DNA of 64,000 nucleotides from Saccostrea echinata (lineage: Eukaryota), in the NCBI RefSeq assembly GCF_033153115.1, contig NW_026889803.1:1612001-1676000 (forward strand). The letters run 5' to 3'. How positions within the stretch are numbered: the stretch's first letter is position 1; every line of letters begins with the position of its first letter. Of this stretch, positions 38,870-51,547 are shown piece by piece. The position numbers were made by a program, and so were the translations under genes. The notes beneath the pieces were generated by a model. That model did not search any database, was not told the origin of the DNA, and was given only the letters and a program-made list of their open reading frames with translations.

Positions 38870-41800
38870 TACACCACCTTGTGTGCGATGAGGCGTGAAT
38901 AAGTATGATTACTCCACATTATGCTCGTGTTAACCAAAACTGGTTTTCTTTCTTATTTCACTCAAGAAGTAACTGTTAGGTCACAAATTAACTGTTGTAT
39001 ATAGTCCCAAAACTTTTAGAATTTTGATTGCAATTGCGCAGAAAAAGACACATCTCCAAGAGTGATTTTTTCATGAATTGTTTTCAGATGAGTTCAAAGT
39101 TGAAAATTATCACTGCATCAAAGTGCAATTTTCTGCACTTTCTGGGAAAAATGTTAATTTAAGAAATAAGTTTGATTTAGTAGCTAAATAAAGCTACTTC
39201 AGGTAGGTAAATAAAGCTATGTAGGTAATTCGAGCTACGTAGCTAAATCTAGTGCTTGCACCAGACCTGTTAATGTAACTAACAGACTTGTGCAACAATA
39301 CCAGGCATTTGCAAATAAACTCATGAATCGAATTCAAATGATCGTTTTTACATAAATTTGCGCTCATTTGATCTCATCATAGCCTTTTGAAAACTTGGAG
39401 TAAAAATAACATTCGTATCACCTTTATGCGACTGGTATAATCCAAATACTTTTTGTTTTCAGCGCGTCCCATCCATAATGACTCGGAACCGAAATCATAA
39501 TATTTATATTCGGATAAAATTGAATTTGATAATTCGTACAAGAAAGTGTTCGTGTTCTGTTTTAAATTCTTATTTCAATGTATATATAAAAAATACCTTG
39601 TGTTTTGTTTATGTTTATTAAATCAATCAATGTTTATTTTTTCTTTAAATTTTAATCAATGTCTTTAGATATACAGAGAAAAACACAATATACACAAATT
39701 AAACACTCTGAAACCGAGCCCCTATATGGGCTATTTAAAGCACAGTTTTATAGACATGACATGTAAAATTATTATTTATTGAAGCTTTATGTTTTGCAAG
39801 TGTACAGTAAATTTAGTTCATTGATATTATAGTCTAGGACTGTTTATCACAATGCAAATGATTATCCCATGCCGTGTGCTTAAACTGCATGTAATTAAAG
39901 ACGAAAATTCTTTGCTTCCAAACATTTAGAGGAAAGACCTTTCAAGAACATCATGCATGTGACGATTAAAAACTATGACAAGGTAAAACATATAAGTTTG
40001 TTAACGGATGAAATTTTATAATTTAACTACCTTCTTACTTTATGCCATGTTCAAGCATTTTGTTTATTCAATCAAGTAAAATGTTCAAATGTCCGGTGAT
40101 TCCCTCGTCCCGTCAAAATCGCGAAATGACTTAAAAGGTAGTATATTGTTTAGCCGCCTACCTTCAGGTTAATTTTCAAAAAGTTATCATATATTCCAAT
40201 TATTTTTATAAATTTATATAGAAATGTATCTCAATTTTTATAAATTTTGAACTATTCAGAAAAAAAGATAATTTGGGGGGGGGGGGCAAAATTCAAGAAT
40301 TTCACTATAGAAATCAATGGAAATCGAAATACATATATAATATCCCCCCAGTGAAACAAAAAATGCCTTTTTTGCAGCTATTACGCATTGCTATTAGGCA
40401 AATTAAAACCAAAGCTTTTGTTGTTTCGGAGGGTGGGGGTTATGTTTACAGACCAAAATACAAAAATACACTGCTGAAAATAGTCTTCTTGTGACCAATA
40501 TAATTTCATATGATAAATAATTTATAACTTGTAAGTTTTGCTAAATGATTCAGGTATAGTTAATTTAACATAGATTTATCAAACTGAAAGTTTAAGAGGT
40601 CATTTATCCATAATTCCATATCCACGATTATGAAATCTAGGGGAGGGGGGTGCACATCCCATCAATCAAAAAGTTGTATATAACACTGGTATTAGAGTTA
40701 TAAATCAATTACGTATCATTAAAAATATTTAATAAAATATGCCAAACATGTTGAATTATGAATGTGCAAAATGTAGGCGATAAATGGGAGCGTTCGCAGT
40801 TTCAGCGAACTTGAGGTTATTTTTGGAAAGTAAGAAAAAAATTACATTGTAAATACAGGATGATCGCATGATGCAGGTTCAATAATGCATTTTTGTCTTT
40901 ATGATAGTCTAAAATTTTTTAATCATCAATCATACGCATTTCCAGAGCCGTTGTCTCTTTCAGCTTCATAAATGATAATTCAATCTAGAATTAACAGAAA
41001 TGTAAATGATATTAATCGAGTCTATAGAAAAAAAATTTCCGTTTTTGATTTATATAATTTATTGTTTGCCATTACAATATTTTTAATAAAATCTCCACGT
41101 CACTTTTTGTTTCAGTTTTACTTTGAATAAAAGGTCGATTATCTTTTTTTTTTATCTCTTCATAAAATTCAAGAAATTTTATTATCATTATTATCTTGAC
41201 ATTTCTTAACAAATTTAAAAAAATATACACAAAAATATGGGATACGATACATGTATCACCAAAAAGCCAATTAATTAGCTAAAAGTGATTTTCAGTTAAG
41301 GGTTGTATGAGAAATAACATACTCTGAATCTTGCACAAATGTCTGGGAATATGTAGCAATACGTACTTCATCACAAATTCTTGGGAAAAATTATATATAA
41401 TTGAGGAATGTGTCATCAGATCAATTTTAACCTGCTCAGACGGAAATATTTGAAAAAAAAGAACCAATAGCTACGGTTGTACACAGATTTCTTAAATCGG
41501 AAAATGTGATAATTTCTGTAATAAGAAATGTGGTTGCGAAATTCAAACTCGGCACATGTATTTATGAATGTGATTGCGAAATTTAAATTTTCACAATTTT
41601 ACGTACCAGAGTAGGGGGTGTACACATTATATAGTATGCTGGTAAAATTGATCCATGATTTTATCGAGCCAACCAAGAGACAACATCGATCGAAGACACA
41701 TGAAATAATATTAAGGTCTTCAATTAATCATAGATTACGGGGAAAAGGGTTCGAATTAAAAATTCAATTTTGTCCGGTCGTAACAATTTCGCAACTTCCG

Positions 41801-42020
41801 TTCCGATTTATTATGACAGATCCTTGAAGGCAAGTAAGTAAAATTTCCCGATTATTCATTATCATGGTGAATCGATGGTGTCATTAACACACATGTGAAA
41901 GGACTTTTAGTGAAGTTAAGACATGATTGTTGCAGTGCTTATTAATAAATTGAACAGAAGTGTTAGGAAAATAGAAGGCCTAAGCATTCCGTCACAATGA
42001 TCAGCTCTACAGGCACTTGC

Positions 42021-42119
42021 TAGATGAATAAAATATCGTTTTATAAAATGATATTGTCCTACGGACCCGGTTTGGTAAGGGCTTGTCTGTCCCCAGACAC
42101 AGTTAGATTATTCTAACTA
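42021..42119 (-). mobile_element. Internally deleted 99-bp derivative of the Academ-like element
   Basis: Both ends are retained and joined at GGACCCGGTTT|GGTAAGGGCTTGTC, ending AGTTAGATTATTCTAACTA. Confidence 0.7.
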
Positions 42120-42187
42120 CAGATATGCCTGATCTTGTTGATACTGATATCACACTGAAATATCTTTCAGAATCTTTCTTTTATAAT

Positions 42188-42519
42188 AGATAGTTTTCAG
42201 TAGGCCCAAATTATCAAGAGTTATTTCCCGTTGGCCGCCATATTGGAGGTCAACATGCTCATATTCCTTCATTATTTAACCAACTTTAACTTTTTATACT
42301 GGCCATTGTGGGGTAGGAAGCGTTGTTTTTCTGAAAAATATATATTAGTTAAAGCCTCTTTCATTTCATAATTTTATTTCATAAAAATTTCCCCTCAAAT
42401 TTTTCTGCTACACCTTCTTAAATTTGGTAAGACAAAGAGGAAAAATTCTCAGGTTGACCACCAAGATGGCAGCCAAGGGAAATAACTCGGAGAGAAAATA
42501 TGTAGTATGAAAACTATCT
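42188..42519. mobile_element. MITE with ~65-bp imperfect TIRs
   Basis: AGATAGTTTTCA..GAGTTATTTCCCGTTGGCCGCCATATTGGAGGTCAAC pairs with GTTGACCACCAAGATGGCAGCCAAGGGAAATAACTC..TGAAAACTATCT. Confidence 0.65.
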
Positions 42520-44258
42520 ATAGATAAACCAGATCAAAACTTAATTAAACCCTTACTTTATCTGGACATGAGAAGTGCAGAGGGATTTGTCAGTGTTTTT
42601 CAAAATTTTCTGTAAAATTTCTCCAGAACCACCGGACCAGTTTCAACCAAACTTGCTACAAAGCAGGTGATTCAAGTTTATTCAAATGAAAGCCCAAACC
42701 CTCTTGAAAGGGGAGATAATCAAGAAAATGTAACAATAGAGTGGGTGTCTTAAAAATCTTCTCAACAAGCCACAGGCATTTGTTTCATATATGGGGTCAC
42801 CCCTTCCTTTCCCTCCACAAGGTACCTAAATCAATTAAAGGCACCCCTGGTTCAAGCTCGTATTTTGTTATTATATCAGTCATTAACCTACTTTTAAATG
42901 ACATTGTTGGCTTTGACAGACTTTTTTCTTGTCATATAAATTGTTTCAGACATCTCTGACTCAAGACGAGATACAGGAACTTCTGGTTAGGGTTGATAAA
43001 ACCAAAGACCTCAGAATGGAAAACTCTGAAATCTCTGCTTTTATCCTACATTTATAACCCCCACTATCCTGAAAAGTATGGTTATATATTCAACCTAAAT
43101 ATAGGATAAACAGACCATGGACAAACAAATTTCATTGTGAATGCACTCTGGGTGAACAGGAATTTGGAAAAATGGCGTAATTGGTGAAGGATGAACGTTT
43201 TAAGGCCAACGAACCAGCATTTGTTTGGGCCACAATAGGGTTCAAAGATTTCCATCTAGGAATAAATAAAATTTTATACAGAAAAAATATATAAATCTGC
43301 CAGGGGCATAGCCATGCATACTTACATGTAGTATATGTTACATATAAAACTATATTTTACAATTATATAGAGTTAAGGATAGAAAGCACTAGAAAAACCT
43401 TACCTTTTCCTGCATAATCATAAAATTTCCAAATAAAATTAGCATTTTAAATTCAGATCAATCCTTTTCTGGACAATTAAAACTAGCTGTCAGAAATGCT
43501 GAAAATTCACTAGCTTCTAAAGGCCTTCAACCCCCCCACCCCACCCCCCCATCAATAAAGATAAAATCATGTTACATGTTACCGGTACTTGTGAAGTAAA
43601 TCAGAAGGTAAAACTCAAATTCTGTGTAAATAACTTCAGTTAATGGTGTGTCATATTTATAATTGGATTTTTAAAGAAAAGTTTCTTTATCACATAAGGT
43701 GAACATTTTATTTTGATCAGTGCATTTGTTCTATTATGAAAACTTTTTTTTTTAAATTTTAACATTATATGCAGTATACTATGATACTAGCTATCAAGTT
43801 TTCTGTCTTTTATTCCATTTTGTATTTTATTAGTAAACCGACAAAAAATTATCAATCTTTGTGTGTGTATTTGATTTTTTTAACAGTAAATGGAGTGGTC
43901 ATGTGAAATGACTAATGAACTCATGTATTACTTATAGACAAGGTTGCTACTCCATGAGATCATGACCCTGACTTTTTTTCAGCTTTTTTCCTTTCAAATT
44001 TATTGGGTCAGCAATTACTGCATGACACTTGTGAAATTGGTGTTGGTTTTTGCACAAGATCAATCACATAATTAAATCCAGTAAAACCAAAGGGGATCTG
44101 TGTTGAATCAAATATATAGCAGTGATGGAAAATTCATAAATGATTATGTTGATTAAAAAAGGAAGTGAAATATGGGATATTGTTGTAGTGAGTGTTATAT
44201 ACGTTTTGTAGTATTGAACAAAGTGATGACCGAGTGAAGCTACAGTATAACCTTAGCG

Positions 44259-46040
44259 ATGAGTTACTCCAGTGAAGCTAAACAGCTGGTCGTAGATGAG
44301 GAAGCAGCCACGGGAATACTCCAGCATCTCGACAAAAATGAACTGCAAAACCTTCTAGAAGACAATGACAAGTTAGATGGATTAATAAAGGATTTACAAC
44401 AGGTCAATGTTTGATTTCAATATATAGAATGTAAAATGTATATATCTGGCAGAAGAGCTACTGGTAAAAATAAGTAATTGCTTTTAATATAAAAAATTAT
44501 ATATTTTAATCCTTGTGTACTTATTGGTAATTACATCTCAATTGTAGAGCATCTGTAGGTATACTTAATTGTTTACTTAGAATAAAGTAATAAATATACT
44601 GTAAGTTACATTACATGTACCGGTACTGTTAAAAAGAAGTATTCATCTCTTGATGAATGTCACAGATAATATTATTTTCTCATTTTTTTCCCTCTTGGTT
44701 TTAGGTCAAAAACATACAAACAGACAGAGAAATGATGCTTGCCAAAAATAAAAGCATGGCAGAGTACAACTTAACTTTCCAAAGTCGACTAGAGACCTTG
44801 AAAAGTGAAGTTGCTAAAGGTTATGAGGATGCTAATAAGTTGAAAATAGCTCTGGCTCAGGATAAATCTAGAATAGGTAAAGGAGAAGAAAATATGACTA
44901 GTGCATGTATTTAGCTTGGTGACGACACCTAGACAGTTTATCAAAATCAAGGTACATGTCTATTAAGCTGATAATAGCTCTGGCTCAGGATAAAAGAAGC
45001 AGAAAAAATGACAGCTTAATGTCAGCCCTTTTTTTCAAATTTTTCAATTTTTCAAACTCAAGGTACAGTAAATCTTGGTTATAGCAAAGTCCTGGGGACC
45101 TGTGAATTCACTTTATCTGTAATTCATTACCTGGTATATCCATACAGTGACGTCAATAAAATATATATAGCAAATTTGCAAAATATATCTGTATATCTAG
45201 GAGTATTTTTTAACTAACAGCTTTTAAGAAATGAGAATACTCAATCAGATTGTGAGAATACTTAAAATACATTTTATATATTGTTGTGTTCTTTAAGACG
45301 TTTTGACTGGCTTTACTTATTTATTGTAGATTCACACCCGAGTCGCCTTCTGCCTGACACAGTCCTGGCTTTGTTACAGTCTGCTGCTGCAGTGTCAGAA
45401 GAAAGTTCAGAGGTAACTCAACAATCTAAAAATAGAACAAAACATACATCAATGAATGCCAATCCCCCTAGTCATTTTGAAAAAATCCATTGTTCATTCA
45501 GGTGTAAATTTGAGTATGATATTATTATGATTACTGAGTATCATGATACAGTCATCAGGGAAAAACAGGATATTGTATAACAATTTATAATTATATATAG
45601 TTTTTTCCCTGAATTTTCTAATGTATTAAATATATATGTATTCATTACTTAAAATCATTTGGAAAGCCAACCAGAGAAAAGTAACGGTCAGGAATCAAAA
45701 TAGTGAAGGAATTGATAAATACATGTGCATCAGTTATAACTATTTATTTAACTATTTTTATGCTTCTTTTTAATTTTAGCAATTTGCAGAGCAGTTCTGT
45801 GACAGTAAGATAAATCATGAAGCTTTCTTAGAGAATTATCTCCCTGTTAGAACAGTTGCTCATTTAAGACAAGTGAAAGTGAAGAAATTAACAGAACTGA
45901 TGAATTCTGGACTCTCAAGGCCAGATGTTCCCACTGTTAACCCCTCGACAAACAGTTATTCCTGTCCCAGTGGCCTGACCAATCTACCCTACCCTAGTGG
46001 GAACTTTTCAATGCCACAGCCAGCAATGTATCCTAGATAG
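44259..46040 (+). CDS. VPS37B: Vacuolar protein sorting-associated protein 37B/C-like (ESCRT-I, Mod(r) domain), 219 aa; exons 44259-44402, 44705-44876, 45330-45412, 45780-46040
   Basis: LQHLDKNELQNLLEDNDKLDGLIKDLQQVKNIQTDREMMLAKNKSMAEYNL...PDTVLALLQSAAAVSEESSEQFAEQF...EAFLENYLPVRTVAHLRQVKVKKL followed by a Pro-rich tail (LPYP). There is no UEV domain, so it is B/C-type rather than VPS37A. Intron phases are consistent. Confidence 0.88.
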
Positions 46041-46171
46041 TGCTGAAGGATTTATGTGAATTTCTTTTTCATGAATTGTGAAATTAGAGGGCATACTACT
46101 ATTTTACGTATAGATTCCAAACCTAAAATCTCATTGTTTGCTGCAATATAAGTGTAAAAAGACAGACTTTG

Positions 46172-47302
46172 TTTTTAGCTCACCTCAACGAAGTTGGGGG
46201 AGCTTATGTAATACCCTCGGCGTCGGCGTCCCAGGTTAAGGTTTTTGGAGCAGTTTTCTTTTCAAGTACTTCTATGGCCTATATTAGTCAGAGATGCATG
46301 GAGGATGCTTCTAGTGTGTTTCATTGTACCAGTCAAGGTTTCAGATGCTGCAATTTCAGCTAAAGAATGACCAGGTTAATGTTTTTGGAGCAGGTTAAAG
46401 TTTTTGGAGCAGGTCTCATTTCCAAGTAACTATAAGCCCTATATTGACCAAACTTGCATGGATGATACATCTAAGGATGCACACTACTGGACTTGCTTTG
46501 GATGCTGGATCTGACCTATATTTTCTGGATGAGTGACCAGGTCAAAGTTTTTGGAGCAGATCTCATTTCCAAGTAACTATAAGCCTTATATTGACTAAAC
46601 TTGCATGGATGATACATCTAAGGATGCACACTACTGGACTTGCTTCGGATGCTGGATCTGACCTACATTTTCGGATTGAGTGACCAGGTTTAAGTTTTTG
46701 GAGCAGATGTCATTTCCAAGTAACTATAAACCCTATATTGACCAAACTTGTATGGATGATACATCTAAGGATTCACACTACTGGACTTGCTTCAGATGCT
46801 GGATCTGACCTACATTTTCCGGATGAGTTACCAGGTTAAAGTTTTTGGAGCAGATGTCATTTCCAAGTAACTATAAGCCCTGTGTTGACTAAACTTGCAT
46901 GGATGATACATCTAAGGATGCACACTACTGGACTTGCTTCGGATGCTGTATCTGACCTACATTTTCCGGATGGAGTAACCAGGTTAAAGTTTTTGGAGCA
47001 GATCTCATTTCCAAGTAACTATAAGGCCTATCTGAACCAAACTTGCATGGATGATACATCAAGGGACGAACAATCTCAAACTTGCTTTGGATGCTGGATT
47101 TGACTTACATTTTCTGGATGAGTGACTAGTTTTCAGATAAGTATATTCCCAAGTAACTGCAAGCCCTATCAGACCAAAATTGCATAAATGTTGCATCTAG
47201 GGATGCACACTCCTAGATTGTTAGTTTAGTGTGGGACTTTGCCTTACTTAAAGACAACATTCGTTGAGGTGAGCTCTGTAATCTCTGATAACCTATGTTT
47301 TT
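46172..47302 (+). mobile_element. Helentron/HINE element carrying a ~147-bp satellite-like tandem array (about 6-7 units)
   Basis: Starts TTTTTAGCTCACCTCAACGAAGTTG, followed by (CGGCGT)2 and tandem units CCAGGTTAAAGTTTTTGGAGCAGATCTCATTTCCAAGTAACTATAAG... at about 46538, 46685, 46831 and 46979. It ends TTCGTTGAGGTGAGCT (inverted to the start) and then a T-run. Confidence 0.85.
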
Positions 47303-49129
47303 GAAATGTTTAAGAATGACTTTGTGTTTATAACATGTTTGTATATTTTGCCATATGAAGTGCTGACACTGAACAATGCAAAATTAATGTTTCATGTTCT
47401 GTTGTGTGGTAATATATTTGAGCTTTGCTAGAATAGAAAACATTGAGACAAAGGAAAACTGCCTTTTTTCCTCCATAAAATAGGGTACATGTTTATTGTG
47501 GATGATGGTTTTTTTAACAAAATTTTAATGACTTTTTAAGAAAAAAAAAGAACATGCATTCAAATATGATGTTACCATAAATACATAGACAAAAATCAAT
47601 TATTTGACAAGACAAAAATGTATGGGTTTAAGTATGATGGAAAAGGAATGAAGATGAATCATGCATTTTTAGTTTAATATTCAGAAATATGTGTAATGAT
47701 ATCCCCATGAAAAAAAGATGCCACAGACTGTGTACCCATATTTTACATAATGTGTACTACCAGTATTTGTTTTAAATTTGCAGCATCCAAATCTATTTTA
47801 TTACGAGTTCAAAGATTCTATGAATCTTTAAAGTTTTGACAAATTTTAAAAGAAATTCCTGTAAATTAATTCATTTAGGTATATGAACATGTATTATGAT
47901 GTTTGAAGAGCAAGCCAACTGTTTCATTGGTTGTTTTTGTCTCTTAAAAAGCTCATAACAGGCTACAGGTTTAATCTGTTGGGTCTCTTTAAGGTATTTC
48001 ATCCCTAAAAGCCTCAGATTCAATGAAATTGAATGCATATATAACAGATATGATTGAGTTGAATGTATAAAAAAAACATGACTGAGTTGAATATGGTATA
48101 TTAGAGGGTTGAATACTCATCATTTATTAAGAAATAATATATCTGGTAGAGAAATTATTTTCAATTGTTATTCTATTCCTAATGATTAAACACATCTTTT
48201 CACGACTGCATTTATTGATATTCTTAGTATTTGAAGTTTAAAAAAAAAAGACTTGTCCCTATAGACCTCAATGCAATCTTTGTTTCTTAATTACTGCTTA
48301 AGCAATTACATTTTGGAATTTTTTTTCTGGGAAATCCTTCTCTACTGTAAAATACTTTAAATTAATATCAGAGTATTATAAACATGTATGTGACTGATAT
48401 TTGAGGATAGAGAATTTGGTCCTATAAGGGGTGGAATACCTTAAAAAAAATGAACATGGCTGCCCGAGGTATACTTGTTATCCAGAATGGTAAAGGAAAT
48501 AACATTATCCCTTCTTGATTCAAAATGTGTACATGTACTTGTGTGCATAGACTTTTGCAATCATTAAAATAAACTTATACTAATAAATAGTATTTCAAAA
48601 GCTTGTTTATTTGTATCTTCATTTATATACTCAGGTACACCAATCAAATGTGAGTCAAATGAGCTTTGTGTCCTATGGAACACTTGTTGAGCACTGCATA
48701 GGTAGATAATGGTGGCATGAAATTCCTTGTTGAAAATTTTTTCTAAATACAAGTAGAGTGTACACATTTTTCAGCACTGGTTATCTTTCAAAAGAACTAT
48801 AATGTAGTAGGATTTTGAAGAATTTGTAAATATGGTGATTGTAAGGTTTGAATACAGTGTCTTTCTGAGTGCACCATATGCATGTACAAGAAAGCAAAGT
48901 ACTAAAATATAAATTCTGCTAAAAGAAATACTCATATAGCACCATTACCTAGTTGCTACAAGACTCGGTGTCGGAATTATTTGTTGTGTGTGCCTGAAAG
49001 CATCTTAATTGAATTATATATTATTGACACAATGTAATTTAAATTGAAATGTGTAACTTAAAGTGATCATTCTCAGAAGTCCATTTAAATATTAAATAAA
49101 AATTATGAGCAGAGTCAACATGAGCATCT

Positions 49130-49225
49130 GAAAACAGAGGTGGAATTAGGTGCCATGGGGGAGTAAGCATCCCCTGTCGACCAGTCACACCCACCATGTG
49201 CTCCTTTTGATTGGGTAAACACAGC
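49130..49225 (-). mobile_element. Short remnant resembling a Penelope-like retroelement-associated repeat
   Basis: AGAGGTGGAATTAGGTGCC..GGAGTAAGCATCCCCTGTCGACCAGTCACACCC resembles a common oyster repeat as recalled; not verified. Confidence 0.3.
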
Positions 49226-50664
49226 GCGGTTTACTTCTGTGGAAATTCCTTATTCTGGATTTTTGTTTCAAAATAAGAATTGGCCTCCAGAAATTACGCT
49301 TTTGGATTATGCTCCTAAGTTTAATTTTTCTATGTCGTATTAATACTTTAGCAATGATAGGTTTCACTTAAAGTTCTTAGTTACACACCGATTTATACTC
49401 AGATTGTCATTTATACATGATAAATGCTGATAAAATGGATAGTAATGTAACAATTTAAAAATCATTCATTTAAAGTATTGATATGTACATAAGAAAATTA
49501 AGAAAAGGTATTGTCAACACTAAAAAATTACGGATGAAAAGCTCAAATCATGGTGAGAATCCATTTAAATAACTAAAAACTGCAGAATAGGGTAAACACA
49601 TCTGTAAACAAATATCTGTAGACAATTCAGTGAGAAAAAAATGGCCTAACAATTTGTATGAAAGATGTCGGTCAACGTTCCACTTGGTCAATTAGTAAAT
49701 TGTATGAATTTTGATGGTTTTATGAACAGTTTCTCCTAAAATATGCTAAATAAAAAATACTTAATAGTGAGGTCAAGGTCATAGGAAAGGTCCGAGTCAG
49801 AAATAATGTCATATTTTAATACCTCCCACCAATATATATCATTGTATGAATTTTGATAAAAATATCTTGAATAGTTACTTTGAAACTAAACTAAACATAA
49901 AATAGGGAATAGTGAGGTTAATATCACAGGGAAGGTCAAGGTCAGATTAGGTGTCTCACAGTTGGATACCTCTCATCAATATGTATCAGTTTACCTTGAA
50001 ACAGACATAAAAGCAAAGTGTGATGAATGGATGGACAGAAGGAAGGAGACGGATATGATAAACACTATATTTCCTGGCCATATTCATGGTGGTGCATAAA
50101 AATACTGTCCCAATCCACATATTGTATTTGTGTCAACCATATAATTTCTTTTTGACTTTAAACAATTTTGTTGATATCCTAGTATCATCAACTTATTTGT
50201 CAATAGCCTGCCTCATTTTAGAAATTGTTTGTATGCAGAATATCTCTTGTGTATAAAACCAACCAGGACACATAAACTCCACATGCAGGTGATAATGTTA
50301 TACTACATAAATAAGGGAAGTTGATAATAGAAAAGTTGAAGTCATCATGTTTATCATAAATTTAAGTTTTAAATTTCAAACATTCAGTTATTGAACATAC
50401 ATTGTATCTGAATAAGGATTTACATGAAGTTAAATGATAATTGTCCATCAACTATAAAAGAGCTAAACATGTCTACTGTAATGTTGATGTGGACAAACAT
50501 CATCAATCCAAAGCATAACCTATTTTGCTTCAGTTCTAAATGCAGCTAAAAATTTTTGTCATTTTATGGCTTGTATGATATATTTTTTGTTTAATATTTG
50601 TTCAAAATTGAGATAAGTGTTGCTGAATTCTTCAGCTAATGCTCCCTTTGTACACGTGAAAGAT

Positions 50665-51025
50665 AATGCACTTGTACATTAATTATCCAATTTATGATGG
50701 ACCTTGAACTTTTAATACACTTGTACATTAATTATCCAATTTATGATGGACCTTGAACTTTTAATACACTTGTACATTAATTATCCAATTTAAGATGGAC
50801 CTTGAACTTTTAATGCACTTGTACATTAATTATCCAATTTAAGATAGACCTGGAACTTTTAATACACTTGTACATAAATTATCCAATTCAAGATGGACCT
50901 TGAACTTTTAATACATTTATTATCCAATTTAAGATAGACCTTGGAACTTTTACTACATTTGTACCTTAATTTTTATGGGCCTTGAACTTTTTATACACTT
51001 GCACATTTATTATCCAATTTAAGAT
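50665..51025. repeat. 49-bp minisatellite, about 7 copies, decaying rightwards
   Basis: Unit CACTTGTACATTAATTATCCAATTTAWGATGGACCTTGAACTTTTAATA. Confidence 0.9.
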
Positions 51026-51547
51026 TTGACTATTACATGTAATTTAAAAAGCTCTACTTTTGTTCCATTCATATACATGTACACGATTATGACAAGAAAA
51101 AAAGACAATACATTTTTATTAAAATTGAAACTGTATTTGAAATATTATCACAGTTATAACAAATCAACATATTCATAAAAACCTAAATAACATACACAAA
51201 GCACTAAATTACTATTACATACAGAACATACCCGAGTTACTTCTAACACTCCAGACCAATTACTTATGTCGATTTGAGGGAGTAGTTTTGTTAAAACTAA
51301 TTTCTACCTTCACAAGATCTTTTGATAAAGTTACTGATTATGCATTTTACTACATGGGGGAAAAAAAGAGCTGCCATCTATACATGAAGCACTGTATTTG
51401 CTTACGGTAATATGCTTTTACTAGGTTTTTCGTAACAATTCATTATATATTATATATATCTGTGGAGAATAACCAGTATTTTTTACAAAAAAAATATTTA
51501 AAAATCAGCTGCTTTTAAGGTGTTCAATTTTCTTTTTGAGTTAAAAA

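Larger units (their letters stand above)
37432..39269. mobile_element. CAGG-ended element with ~100-bp TIRs and a 5-bp TSD TTAAT, containing two nested MITEs
   Basis: CAGGTCCAGTACAA..ATTTAGCTATGTAGCTAAAATTACCTAC..TAGCTTTATTTACCTACCT pairs with AGGTAGGTAAATAAAGCTATGTAGGTAATTCGAGCTACGTAGCTAAAT..TTGCACCAGACCTG. TTAAT occurs at 37427-37431 and 39270-39274. Confidence 0.75.

Noticed and set aside
46169-47103. 64-aa and 73-aa ORFs
   Set aside because: Chance frames in the HINE tandem array.
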